From: Thermoanaerobacterales bacterium
GTDB lineage: Bacteria; Bacillota; Thermoanaerobacteria; Thermoanaerobacterales; UBA4877
Assembly: GCA_036752905.1 (NCBI GenBank)
Contig: DAIORT010000007.1
Span: 27,105-91,104 of the forward strand
Length of the DNA: 64,000 nt
Reading direction: 5' to 3'
Shown here: piece by piece, positions 54,959 through 64,000 of the stretch
How positions within the stretch are numbered: position 1 is the first letter of the stretch
Layout of the letters: each line of letters opens with the position of its first letter
Notes under the pieces: model-generated
Databases searched by the model: none
What the model saw: only the letters and a program-made list of their open reading frames with translations
What the model was told of the DNA's origin: nothing
Program-made: the position numbers and the translations under genes

Positions 54959-56899
54959 TTAGATTACACGAGCCTTGTCGTTGCCCTCACGTACAGCATC
55001 GGCAATCTGTGCCGGTTTACTGACATCGCCCACACGGGTAACGTGCGGAAAAACCGTTTCAAACTCCTCGGCCAGGCCACTGTCTGGGCGGACGCCCATG
55101 GCCAGCACAACCGTATCAGCCTTTAATTCCTTAGTTTCATCGGAAGATACGTCGTTCAAGAGAATGCAGTCTTTCTTGACCTCCGCCAGCTTTTGGCTGG
55201 TCATAATCCTGACTCCGGCTGATTTTAATGCATTCAGCAGCATCATTTTCACGGTTATATACAGCGTATCCCCTACATCCTTTTTCATTTCCACTATTGT
55301 GACCTTGTTATCTTCAGAGAGAACCTCGGCAGTTTCCAGACCGGTCACACCGCCGCCGATAACCGCAATCTTCTTTCCGGAAAGCTTAACATCACCGGCG
55401 AGAACCTGCTCCGCCGTACAAACATGAGAAGAATCAATTCCGGGAATAGCCGGGACGATAGGTAATCCTCCTACGGCGAGTATTACTCCGTAAGGATCTA
55501 AAGCCTTAACCTTGTCCACTGTAGCTTCGGTGTCAAGCACAATCTTGACGCCGGCACGCTTAAGTTCACCCTCCATGGTCTTTATAAGTTCGGCAATCAT
55601 TTCCTTGCGTGGCGGCTTTGCCGCCAGCTGCATGGTTCCGCCCAAAGCGACGCTCTTTTCATAGAGTGTAACAATATAGCCTCTCTTTGCACATATAATG
55701 GCAGCCTGCATTCCTCCCGGACCACCGCCAATAACGGCTATAGTCCTACCGGCTCCATCTCTCGCGAGATTGTCGTCATTTAAGATGTACTCCCGTCCCA
55801 AATACGGGTTAACAGTACACTCTATAGGGCGCTGAAGTCCAAGGGTACGGAAACAATACATGCATCCCAGACATTTACGGATCTCATCTTCTTTTCCCTC
55901 TTTTGCCTTGTTGCCCCACTGTGGATCGCTAAGCTGTCCCCGCCCGATAGCTACAAAATCACTTATTCCCTCCTCCAGGTATTTCTCCGCGGTGGATGGG
56001 TATTTGATGTTGTTTACCGCTATGACCGGAATAGAAACATTTCGTTTAATCTCAGCAGCCAGATGCTTCTTCCAGCCCTCAGGGAAACCCTGTGGCTCAA
56101 TGATTGCATATCCAGATTCATAGACACCGGCGCTAACATTAATGGATGATACGCCCAGCTTCTCCAAAGCCTTGGCAATCTTAACGCTGTCTTCCAGCTT
56201 CAAACCGCCATCGACATATTCGTCACAGCTGAGACGTACAGACATAGGGAATTTCGGCCCGCATTTCTTTCGGATACCCGTTACGATTTCAGCCAAGAAC
56301 GTAAGCCGCCCTTCAAAACTGCCGCCATATTTATCGGTACGTTTATTGCTATATGGGCTCAAGAATTCATCAATGAGATACCCATGAGCGCCATGAAGTT
56401 CTACACCGTCCATTCCTGCAAGCTTGGCATACGAAGCCGCTCGGACAAACCTTCTGACCAGTTTACCACATTCTTCGGTGGTAAGCTCACGGGGGGTCTC
56501 ACCTATGGCCTTACATGGAATAGCGCTGGGAGCTACCGGCTGAATGCCACCTAGCTGATAACTCGATATCTCTCTACCGGGATGATGAAGCTGGAGAAAA
56601 ATCTTCGTATCATACTTATGAACGGCATCGGCCAGCCTTTCCAGTCCACGGATGTACTTGGGAGAAGTAGCGGAGAGCTGATGGAGCATACCTGCCCCCG
56701 CGCCCTCGTCAACCCTGCAGATCTCGGTTATAATAAGGCCGCATCCGCCCTTGGCACGTTCTTCATAAAAATCTATGATTTCATCTGAAGCCTCACCGTC
56801 AAAGGCAGCCATGTTGGTACCCATAGGCGGCATAACAATCCGGTTGCGTAGCTCAAGAGAACCTATTTTCCCTTTGGTAAACAGTAATTTATTGCTCAT
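54959..56899 (-). CDS. OYE-like FMN oxidoreductase fused to an FAD/NAD(P)-binding domain (2-enoate reductase / 2,4-dienoyl-CoA reductase family)
   Basis: The TIM-barrel blocks are IVMPPMGTN and HGAHGYLIDEFLSP. The Fe-S Cys cluster is CLGCMYCFRTLGLQRPIECTVNP. There are two Rossmann motifs, VIGGGPGGMQAA and VIGGGVTGLETA. Confidence 0.85.
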   Translation of the reverse strand: MSNKLLFTKGKIGSLELRNRIVMPPMGTNMAAFDGEASDEIIDFYEERAKGGCGLIITEICRVDEGAGAGMLHQLSATSPKYIRGLERLADAVHKYDTKIFLQLHHPGREISSYQLGGIQPVAPSAIPCKAIGETPRELTTEECGKLVRRFVRAASYAKLAGMDGVELHGAHGYLIDEFLSPYSNKRTDKYGGSFEGRLTFLAEIVTGIRKKCGPKFPMSVRLSCDEYVDGGLKLEDSVKIAKALEKLGVSSINVSAGVYESGYAIIEPQGFPEGWKKHLAAEIKRNVSIPVIAVNNIKYPSTAEKYLEEGISDFVAIGRGQLSDPQWGNKAKEGKEDEIRKCLGCMYCFRTLGLQRPIECTVNPYLGREYILNDDNLARDGAGRTIAVIGGGPGGMQAAIICAKRGYIVTLYEKSVALGGTMQLAAKPPRKEMIAELIKTMEGELKRAGVKIVLDTEATVDKVKALDPYGVILAVGGLPIVPAIPGIDSSHVCTAEQVLAGDVKLSGKKIAVIGGGVTGLETAEVLSEDNKVTIVEMKKDVGDTLYITVKMMLLNALKSAGVRIMTSQKLAEVKKDCILLNDVSSDETKELKADTVVLAMGVRPDSGLAEEFETVFPHVTRVGDVSKPAQIADAVREGNDKARVI

Positions 56900-56919
56900 G
56901 ATACTTTTGCTCCTCTCTA

Positions 56920-57732
56920 CTATTTCAACAGATCCTGTACTTTATCCGGGTCAATGAGAATGTTGCGCCATTCACCTACGACCTGGCCACGCGGATCCTG
57001 TGTATAGGTCATGAGAGCAGGCTTCTGGCCTGGTTTAAGATCCATCTTTCCCAGAGCATACGGCGGAAGGCCCAGTTCTGATAACCTATAAAAACGGTTA
57101 GGGTTGAGAACACTGCCCTTTTCTTCAGGAGTCTTTAGGGCTAGCCATGTCTGATAGTGCTTATGGCCCATGCGCTTCGTGATACGGCCCTCTCTGGTGT
57201 GATGTCCAAGATACCAGTCTTCACCTTCCTCCGTAGTAAACTTAGGTGCATAGTTAAACATATAAACATCCATTATGACATCGTCTGCATCATCATCCAT
57301 CATTTTGCCATGGGTATAACGGCCGGGATAGTTGATGTATTTGTACTGCTGAACAGGAATGTCCTTGAGAAGATCATACTGCGGCTCCTCATCCAAAAGA
57401 ACACATTCCAGCTCGCGGAAACCAGGATGGCCTTCTGTACCGCTTGCCCACAGCTCAGGATTCCTAATGGTACCGTTCAGACATGATTCCATATCTTCAA
57501 AAACTAGTTCGGTTAAACGGGTAAACCGGTCGTATGGATCAAAAGTCCACATTTTGATTGGTGGTAAAGCCTCCCACGAATTGTAGCGGACAACTCCGGG
57601 AAGAGCTTTCACCTTGGGAACATGCTCCTCCATATACCAGCGGTCTCCCTCTTCTTTTGATATGCCCTCAGGGTAGTTGAACATGTGTACAAAGCGGACA
57701 ACACCTCTGCCGGCTTTAAATGAAAACTTCAT
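56920..57732 (-). CDS. Tandem-duplicated EthD-like (dimeric alpha/beta-barrel) domain protein, function unknown
   Basis: An internal repeat is visible: VRFVHMFNYPEGISKEEGDRWYMEEHVPKV versus IMDVYMFNYAPKFTTEEGEDWYLGHHTREG. The pattern resembles EthD-family N-termini, but the family assignment comes from memory of that pattern only. Confidence 0.5.
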   Translation of the reverse strand: MKFSFKAGRGVVRFVHMFNYPEGISKEEGDRWYMEEHVPKVKALPGVVRYNSWEALPPIKMWTFDPYDRFTRLTELVFEDMESCLNGTIRNPELWASGTEGHPGFRELECVLLDEEPQYDLLKDIPVQQYKYINYPGRYTHGKMMDDDADDVIMDVYMFNYAPKFTTEEGEDWYLGHHTREGRITKRMGHKHYQTWLALKTPEEKGSVLNPNRFYRLSELGLPPYALGKMDLKPGQKPALMTYTQDPRGQVVGEWRNILIDPDKVQDLLK

Positions 57733-57805
57733 GACATTTCCTCCTCATGCAATAAATTACGGCTTAAGGTAAAAACTCCGTCTCCTCACCGTTGTATTAT
57801 TATAA

Positions 57806-57821
57806 AGCAATTTGCGTGCCA
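57806..57821 (-). promoter_or_regulatory. Sigma-54 (-24/-12) promoter
   Basis: The minus strand reads TGGCACGCAAATTGCT, a perfect TGGCAC-N5-TTGC. It is 74 nt upstream of ATG 57732. Confidence 0.85.
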
Positions 57822-57883
57822 AGTCGTAATACCTGAAAAACAAGGGCTATACAGGCATACATCCATTAAATAAACACAAACTC

Positions 57884-57932
57884 TTATACAATATTGTATA
57901 AAGTTGTACAAACACTGTCTACCATTAAACAC
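57884..57932 (-). promoter_or_regulatory. Candidate UAS for a sigma-54 activator (18-bp perfect palindrome plus a conserved distal box)
   Basis: TTATACAATATTGTATAA at 57884-57901 is a perfect palindrome. The minus strand reads GTGTTTAATGGTAGACAGTGTTTGTACAACTTTATACAATA, matching 20391-20452 (23 of 27 positions in the distal box). Confidence 0.55.
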
Positions 57933-59853
57933 AGCTTATGGTATCTATAGGCAGGAGCTCCGGGCAAAATTCTCCCACAGCCGCCTTTACAGCTTCTTTA
58001 AACTCCTCATTCTTACTGACCCGGCCTACTTTAAGCAGAATTCTGTAGTTATCGGCATTATATCCGTCCAGGTTTGCTGCAGTCAGTGCAAAACTTGCCG
58101 CATCCTCCGCCATATTGCCCTCTATGCAGTATTCGGCAAGGCTCCTGTAAACCCCGCTTTCCTTGCTGTTAAGTCGGGCTGCTTCTATAAATGCATTGAC
58201 ATATGCCTCACCAAAACCATTCTCCTTGAAGATATTCCCCAGCCTCTCATAATCCCGGCAATAAAACTCCGGCTGATACATGGCAACAACCCGGTTAAAA
58301 ATCCCCAGCCCTCCATATCTGCAAAGCTCGTTTAATATCGAAAAAAGGTCATTCCTTATTCTTTTGATATCCTTATACGGCCTGCAGTCCACTATCGATT
58401 GCAAAACAAGCCGGGCAGGTGATAGATTCATTCTGCCGATAATCTCTTGCACGCGGACGGTATCACCCATAAGAAAACAGCATAATACTTCATGCCGGAG
58501 CGCATCCTGCTCATTGCTTTTATCATCTACCAAGTCAAATAGTTCTATTGCTTTACCGTAGTTCTTCCTTTCCATCTCTATAAGGCCGCTGAGCATATTG
58601 AGTCCGGGAAGGTCGTACTCAATACTGTCTAAATATTTCTCCGCCATATCCGGCATGCCGCAGTCTATATATAGTTTACACATTATGAGATTATTGTTGG
58701 GCAGGGTATAATCCACATATTCCTTGAAGAATCGTTCAACTTCATCCGGTTTTTCATTCTTCACCAAAATATTCATAAGTTTGATAAAAGCATCGCCAAA
58801 ATCCCTGTTGGACTTGATGGCCTCGATGTATCCCTGCACGGCACCCTCGAGATCTCCCAGCTTTTCGCTGCACAAAGCGCCATAAAACTGCGCCCTGTAA
58901 CTGCCCGTACCGCCCATACCGACATATATGTCTTCACTGTGCTCGCCCATTTGAGTGCACCTTGCAAAGGTCTCAGCCGCCTTTTCATACCTATGTTCAC
59001 AAAAATAGAGTTTACCTTCCAGGTATACAAAATCAGGCATGTCCTTATATAGCTTCTGCGCACCCTTTATGTATTTATAGGCCTCGTCATATCTCTTTAA
59101 TTCCATATAACAATCCGCCATGTATCTAAGTATTCTTGTAGAATAATTGATATCCACCGCCACGTGCTTTGACGCCATCTTGAATATCTTTAAGGCCTTC
59201 TTGTATTCACCTCCGTTATAAAGCTCCACCGCCATATTTACCTGCTGAAACACGTTATTGGGATGGGACTCAAGATATTTGGCCAGCAGTTTCCTGTTTC
59301 TCTGCGTTTTATTTTTCTCGAGTCTTATTTCATTTAAATATCCATAATGAAGCACCCTGATATCGGTAACCTCCGTATGCAGGCTGTTACCCGTATTAAT
59401 GTCCACCACCTGCTCATGGATAGGGCACTTATACCTGAATGATTTTTTATTTCTATATAGGCGTGTGCTGAAATGGGTCTCTGTAACGACATTAAGCGTA
59501 CTCCCTGCAAAATTAATCATTTTTAATAGATATGCATCGCTTTTACCACTGTCTATTGCCTCTTTTATCTTGACCGCATCATCCTTCGCTATCTCTTCAT
59601 CTGCATCCAGAAACAAGATCCAATCAGATTTAGCATTATCCAGCGCCACATTTCTTGCCTTGCTAAAATCATCCTGCCATTTTGTCTCGATGATCCGCGC
59701 TCCGCATTCTTTGGCAAACTCCATAGTCCTGTCTTTAGAGCCGGTGTCAACGACAAGCACCTCATCTGCAATATCTTTTACACTGTTTATACAACGCTTT
59801 ATATTTTTCTCTTCATCCTTAGTAATTAGGCAGAGTGAGAGACTTATTCCCAT
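57925..59853 (-). CDS. Family 2 glycosyltransferase fused to TPR repeats
   Basis: The GT2 core is LSLCLITKDEEKNIKRCINS...VVDTGSKDRT...FLDADEEI, followed by about 400 aa of TPR-like repeats. Start ATG 59853 follows GGGGGAA. Confidence 0.8.
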   Translation of the reverse strand: MGISLSLCLITKDEEKNIKRCINSVKDIADEVLVVDTGSKDRTMEFAKECGARIIETKWQDDFSKARNVALDNAKSDWILFLDADEEIAKDDAVKIKEAIDSGKSDAYLLKMINFAGSTLNVVTETHFSTRLYRNKKSFRYKCPIHEQVVDINTGNSLHTEVTDIRVLHYGYLNEIRLEKNKTQRNRKLLAKYLESHPNNVFQQVNMAVELYNGGEYKKALKIFKMASKHVAVDINYSTRILRYMADCYMELKRYDEAYKYIKGAQKLYKDMPDFVYLEGKLYFCEHRYEKAAETFARCTQMGEHSEDIYVGMGGTGSYRAQFYGALCSEKLGDLEGAVQGYIEAIKSNRDFGDAFIKLMNILVKNEKPDEVERFFKEYVDYTLPNNNLIMCKLYIDCGMPDMAEKYLDSIEYDLPGLNMLSGLIEMERKNYGKAIELFDLVDDKSNEQDALRHEVLCCFLMGDTVRVQEIIGRMNLSPARLVLQSIVDCRPYKDIKRIRNDLFSILNELCRYGGLGIFNRVVAMYQPEFYCRDYERLGNIFKENGFGEAYVNAFIEAARLNSKESGVYRSLAEYCIEGNMAEDAASFALTAANLDGYNADNYRILLKVGRVSKNEEFKEAVKAAVGEFCPELLPIDTISCV

Positions 59854-59969
59854 ATTTATTCCCCCTGTAATCGGCCTTCTTATTATCAAAGATAGTCCAT
59901 ATATAACTTATCGGCAATCTTGCAGGATTTTTTATTTCTATATAGAAATATATACTTTGGTGATATAAC

Positions 59970-60377
59970 ATGAAAATAATCAATGTTAATACTCATGTAA
60001 GAAATGAATTTGTAGATATTACCCGGGAAATAGAAAAAATTGTCACATCATCAGGTTTAAGTGAGGGTGCTTGCTTAGTATATGTACCCCATACCACGGC
60101 GGGCGTTATGATTAATGAGAATGCAGACCCTGATGTGATGCATGACATAGATGATTTTCTGAGGAGAATGGTGCCGAAAAGCTCGAATTTCGCGCACATG
60201 GAGGGTAATTCGGATGCACATATAAAATCAGGCCTTGCCGGCCCATCCATATTGGTGCCGATAAGTAAGAGCAGCCTGGCCCTTGGCAGGTGGCAGGGGA
60301 TATATTTTGCCGAGTTTGACGGTCCGAGGCACAGGAACGTTTACATAACCATGCTGAGGGGTGCAGTCAATGACTGA
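59970..60377 (+). CDS. yjbQ: YjbQ/UPF0047 family protein (secondary thiamine-phosphate synthase)
   Basis: The translation FVDITREIEKIV...VYVPHTTAGVMINENADPDV..DI...HMEGNSDAHIKS...GRWQGIYFAEFDGPR is the canonical UPF0047 pattern. Confidence 0.85.
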   Translation: MKIINVNTHVRNEFVDITREIEKIVTSSGLSEGACLVYVPHTTAGVMINENADPDVMHDIDDFLRRMVPKSSNFAHMEGNSDAHIKSGLAGPSILVPISKSSLALGRWQGIYFAEFDGPRHRNVYITMLRGAVND

Positions 60378-62586
60378 TGCAGCTGCTAGCATACCCTATG
60401 AGGTTCTGCAGGCCTGCGGTTTTAATGAGCTGGCTGCTTATATTTTGTACAAACGCGGGTTTAAAGACGGTGAGGTTATAAGGGAGTTTCTCAATCCCAA
60501 CGAATACCGGCCGACAGACCCCTTCGAATTTGAAGACATGAATTTAGTCATCAAAAGGATTCACAATGCGATAGCTGGAAAAGAAAGAATCCTTGTATAC
60601 GGTGATTATGATGTGGATGGAATAACATCGGCTGCCATACTTTGCTTGACATTAAAATCCATGGGAGCGGATGTGACATACCATCTTCCGGACAGATTTT
60701 CCGAAGGATACGGGATGAGCATGGATGTCATCGGCAATATGCCACATCAGGGCATAAAGCTCATATTAACCTGTGACTGCGGCATCAGCAACCTTAAGGA
60801 GATAGAGTATGCAAATTCCCTAGGGATTGAGACCATAGTGACCGACCACCATACCCCGCCCGACGTCCTGCCTCCCGCCCTGTATATTTTAAACCCCAAA
60901 TTTTTCCCCGAGGATCATCCCGCGAGGAACATAGCAGGCGTAGGGATGGCTTATTTCCTATCCAAAGCCCTTATCGGTGATGCGGCCGATGATTTTCTGG
61001 ACCTGGCAGTTTTGGGGACCATTGCGGACTCTGTTCCTTTAAACCGCGAAAACCGTTATATACTGCAGAAGGGATGGGACGGCCTTATCTCCGGCAGGCG
61101 GCCTGGCCTGGCCGCACTATTTAATATAGCACATCTCAAGGAAAACATCACGGAGGAGGACATAGCCTTCCAGATAGTACCCCGGCTGAATTCCGCGGGT
61201 AGGATGAACACGGCCGTGCTCTCATTAAAGCTGCTCACCGAGGACAACCCACGTTTATGTTTAGGCCTGGCTAAAACACTGAACAAACTGAACTCCAACA
61301 GAAAAAAGATTCAAAAGCAGATATTAGAAGAAGCAGAGGAAAAAATAGAAAAAGAAAAACTATATGAAAACGGCATAATCGGGCTGTATAGTCCACAATG
61401 GCATCAAGGTATTATAGGCATTGCAGCCGGCAGGATAACGGAACATTACGGGTTGCCTTGCCTACTCATGGCAAAAAGCAAAGACGGCCGAATTATAGGT
61501 TCTGCCCGTTCTATAGAGGGCGTGTCCATATATGATATACTATCAGGCTGTTCGGACTGCCTTGCAGGTTTCGGCGGGCATGCCATGGCTGCCGGTTTTT
61601 CACTGGAGGAGGAACAGCTGGACAGTTTCCTGCAAAAACTCTTAACATTCGGCAAAGATGTACAGCGGACGGCAACAGGAGCATCGGTAGAACCCGAACT
61701 GGAACTTTTACCAGAACAGATAAACCGGGATACCTACCACACGGTAAGAGGCCTGGCCCCTTTTGGCGAGGACTTCCCTGCTCCAGTCTTCATGACCCGA
61801 TGCATGGAGGTTATAGAAGATCAGTACCGGGGATTTCACCGCATGATAATAGGACTGGACGGAAGGAGGCTTCATGCCTTATGGTGGGACGGGCCAAAAA
61901 AGGAAATCACGCCCGGCTACTATGATGTAACATACGCCATCAACATGGATAAATACAGGGATGTGATCTCCATTACCATTGCAGATATGGCCAAGGTAAT
62001 GTCCCCGGCCAGGCCGATGCCTGTCCCTGTGGTCACGGACTTAAGGGACAAAAATATTGACGAGATAGCAAAACAGGACGGCTGCATTTATTATGAAGGC
62101 CTGGCCGATTTTGGCCTGCAAGTATTCACCCGGGACACACTCCCCCAGTGTGACAGGCTTATCATGCTGTCCACCCCTCCTTCACCCGGCGTGCTTCGGG
62201 ATGTAGTGTTCATAGCAAACCCAAAAGAGGTTCTCCTGTACTTTGCCGCACAAAACCCGCCAAATCCCGATATGTTAAAAAATCTAATGGGAATTATAAA
62301 GTATGCGCAGGCAAATGATAAGACCACGGATATCCGCTTCCTTGCCTCCCAGCTGGGAATCACGGAGATGGCAACCCTGCAGAGCCTCAAATATCTCGAG
62401 TCAACCGGCCTTGTGGAACTGGAGGAAATAAACCGCCAAACATACTATGTAGTCATAAAGGGAGACCGAAAGAGAGAAGATCTTCAGCTTAAAAACAGAC
62501 TTACATCCTTATTTAATGAAATTAACAGCTTTAAATCATGGCTAAGGGCAGCCGATACAGAACAAATAAAAGACCTGCTCAAATAA
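60370..62586 (+). CDS. recJ: Single-stranded-DNA-specific exonuclease RecJ (DHH/DHHA1) with a long C-terminal extension
   Basis: The DHH motifs are VYGDYDVDGITS, LTCDCG, IVTDHH and AGVGMAYF. The DHHA1 motif is GGHAMAAG. I chose ATG 60370 (GAGGGG 9 nt upstream). It overlaps the yjbQ stop. Confidence 0.85.
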   Translation: MTDAAASIPYEVLQACGFNELAAYILYKRGFKDGEVIREFLNPNEYRPTDPFEFEDMNLVIKRIHNAIAGKERILVYGDYDVDGITSAAILCLTLKSMGADVTYHLPDRFSEGYGMSMDVIGNMPHQGIKLILTCDCGISNLKEIEYANSLGIETIVTDHHTPPDVLPPALYILNPKFFPEDHPARNIAGVGMAYFLSKALIGDAADDFLDLAVLGTIADSVPLNRENRYILQKGWDGLISGRRPGLAALFNIAHLKENITEEDIAFQIVPRLNSAGRMNTAVLSLKLLTEDNPRLCLGLAKTLNKLNSNRKKIQKQILEEAEEKIEKEKLYENGIIGLYSPQWHQGIIGIAAGRITEHYGLPCLLMAKSKDGRIIGSARSIEGVSIYDILSGCSDCLAGFGGHAMAAGFSLEEEQLDSFLQKLLTFGKDVQRTATGASVEPELELLPEQINRDTYHTVRGLAPFGEDFPAPVFMTRCMEVIEDQYRGFHRMIIGLDGRRLHALWWDGPKKEITPGYYDVTYAINMDKYRDVISITIADMAKVMSPARPMPVPVVTDLRDKNIDEIAKQDGCIYYEGLADFGLQVFTRDTLPQCDRLIMLSTPPSPGVLRDVVFIANPKEVLLYFAAQNPPNPDMLKNLMGIIKYAQANDKTTDIRFLASQLGITEMATLQSLKYLESTGLVELEEINRQTYYVVIKGDRKREDLQLKNRLTSLFNEINSFKSWLRAADTEQIKDLLK

Positions 62587-62630
62587 GCAGATCTTTTATC
62601 CACACAATTCACATAAACCGGCGCGTATCT

Positions 62631-63434
62631 TTATCTATCAGCAAGCCCGTTTTTGTAAAGATCGTAAAAGTGATGGGTAGGTCCGCAGCCCTTTCCTATA
62701 GGAAGTGAATGCCGGATAGCTGTGGTAACATAGTCTTTAGCCTTATCTACCGCATCATTTAAATCCATCCCCTGGGCCAGATTGGAAGCAATAGCCGAGG
62801 AATATGTGCAGCCTGTCCCATGTGTGTTCTTTGTGTTAATACGCTGCGCAGTGAAATGAGTACATTTATCCCCGTCAAATAACACGTCAACAGCCTCCCC
62901 TACCGCATGTCCGCCTTTAACCAACACATTTTTCGCCCCTAACTCCGCGATTTTTTTCGCAGCGTTCTCCATATCCGAAGTAGAAAAAATCCTCATTCCG
63001 GCTATCTTCTCCGCCTCGGGTATATTAGGAGTCAGGACATCGGCCAGCGGCAATACCTCCTTAATTAAAGTTTCCATAGAGTCCGGCTGCATGAGTGGGC
63101 ATCCGTTTTTCGCCACCATTACCGGATCAATAACAACATTCCCAGGTTTATATTCCTTAAGCTTGCTTGCCACGGCCTCCATACTGACAGACTGCGACAG
63201 CATGCCAACTTTTACCGCATCTGTGCCAATATCTTCAAACACAGCGTCGATCTGCTTTTTAATCATATCAGGAGTGACATCCTGTATATCAATAACCCGT
63301 GACGTGTTCTCAGCTACTACAGAGACAATCACGCTCATGCCAAAAACACCATGTGCTGCAAAGGTCTTCAGATCGGCCTGTACTCCCGCCCCACCGCTGC
63401 AATCAGATCCCGCAATTGATAAAACTCTTTTCAT
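62631..63434 (-). CDS. thiD: Hydroxymethylpyrimidine/phosphomethylpyrimidine kinase
   Basis: The translation VLSIAGSDCSGGAGVQADLKT...VKVGML...VKGGH...NTHGTGCTYSSAIA matches ThiD. Confidence 0.9.
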   Translation of the reverse strand: MKRVLSIAGSDCSGGAGVQADLKTFAAHGVFGMSVIVSVVAENTSRVIDIQDVTPDMIKKQIDAVFEDIGTDAVKVGMLSQSVSMEAVASKLKEYKPGNVVIDPVMVAKNGCPLMQPDSMETLIKEVLPLADVLTPNIPEAEKIAGMRIFSTSDMENAAKKIAELGAKNVLVKGGHAVGEAVDVLFDGDKCTHFTAQRINTKNTHGTGCTYSSAIASNLAQGMDLNDAVDKAKDYVTTAIRHSLPIGKGCGPTHHFYDLYKNGLADR

Positions 63435-63457
63435 TATAAATTTCCTCCTTTAAGTCA

Positions 63458-64000
63458 TTAATAAGTAATCGTACCATGCTGTCTGTAAGACATATCCCAA
63501 AAACCCAGCTCCAGACGGCTAGCTTTTTCAAAAATCTCTGCCAATTCTTCTCTTTCGCAATCACACAAACCGGAACATTTTTCTTCTGCAAAACCACTCC
63601 ATATCTTGCAATTCTCCAAATAGTCTTCATTCGCATAGTCCTCAATAAGATCACAATACCACGATTTTTTTGTTTGAGGATCAGAAGCTACACTTCGGAA
63701 TATATAGCAATAACTCAGCATACATGGAAGTACCGCCATCAACATTTCGCAAGTATTACCCTTCTCTGCAATATCCAGCATATAAACAATGTAGTTTTTA
63801 TTCTCAGGAAGAGGAGCAATACTCTCTATATCATCATCTGTTAATCCAAACTGCTTTAAATAATTTAATCGGACGGCAGATTCTTTATCTGTCACAAAAC
63901 AAAGTGCTGAATAAAACATTTGAATATCCTTTAATGTCGTAGAATGATATATAGCCTTACCGTAAATACGAGCATAGTGTTTTAAGTAAATGCTGTCCTG
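63458..64000 (-). CDS. tenA: TenA-family aminopyrimidine aminohydrolase (thiaminase II), partial (N-terminus beyond the window end)
   Basis: The frame is open to the window edge. It reads QDSIYLKHYARIYGKAIY...AVLPCMLSYCYIF...ELGFWDMSY, with the catalytic Cys context PCxxxY. It lies upstream of thiD. Confidence 0.8.
   Translation of the reverse strand, partial: QDSIYLKHYARIYGKAIYHSTTLKDIQMFYSALCFVTDKESAVRLNYLKQFGLTDDDIESIAPLPENKNYIVYMLDIAEKGNTCEMLMAVLPCMLSYCYIFRSVASDPQTKKSWYCDLIEDYANEDYLENCKIWSGFAEEKCSGLCDCEREELAEIFEKASRLELGFWDMSYRQHGTITY

Overview
The window looks like chromosome from a spore-forming, flagellated, moderately low-GC Firmicute (Clostridia-like). Supporting markers are a GerA-family germination gene, a SigD-type flagellin promoter, sufCBDSU, PRD/PTS operons and a sigma-54 activator. 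Coding density is high, at about 60 CDS. I found no rRNA, tRNA, CRISPR array, integrase or IS element.

Main blocks:
- (i) 1-8 kb: envelope and lipid genes (PlsC-like acyltransferases, acyltransferase_3, a GT2-GtrA fusion) and a DAHP synthase.
- (ii) 8-12.8 kb: an ascorbate-type PTS operon with a PRD regulator.
- (iii) 13.2-13.9 kb: an isolated acetoacetate decarboxylase.
- (iv) Thiamine salvage genes under two TPP riboswitches (thiT; thiM-MTH1187-thiE-HAD), plus yjbQ, thiD and tenA.
- (v) 19-28 kb: a PAS/sigma-54 activator divergent from a sigma-54-promoted seven-gene operon. The genes are cyclase-family hydrolase, MFS, MBL hydrolase, BKACE, an active thiolase, a catalytically dead thiolase paralog, and a 3-hydroxyacyl-CoA-dehydrogenase-family enzyme.
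- (vi) 28-35.4 kb: an frv-like fructose-family PTS operon carrying M42 and M24 peptidases and a PatB-like lyase.
- (vii) sufCBDSU, divergent from a family-1 encapsulin and an encapsulated-ferritin-like cargo.
- (viii) 44.2-49.0 kb: a translationally coupled three-gene helicase-nuclease module that looks like a split, rearranged AddAB.
- (ix) nhaC and an orphan flagellin.
- (x) 54.5-54.7 kb: a 91-bp tandem repeat upstream of a TPP riboswitch.
- (xi) 55-57.8 kb: a second sigma-54 promoter driving a tandem EthD-like protein plus an enoate-reductase-type flavoenzyme. It shares upstream activator-like sequences with the first sigma-54 promoter 37 kb away.

The best novelty candidates are the split AddAB-like trio and the two-locus sigma-54 regulon, which resembles a variant cyclic beta-diketone/phloroglucinol-type catabolic pathway.

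All calls come from reading the translations and the sequence by eye. No database search was run.
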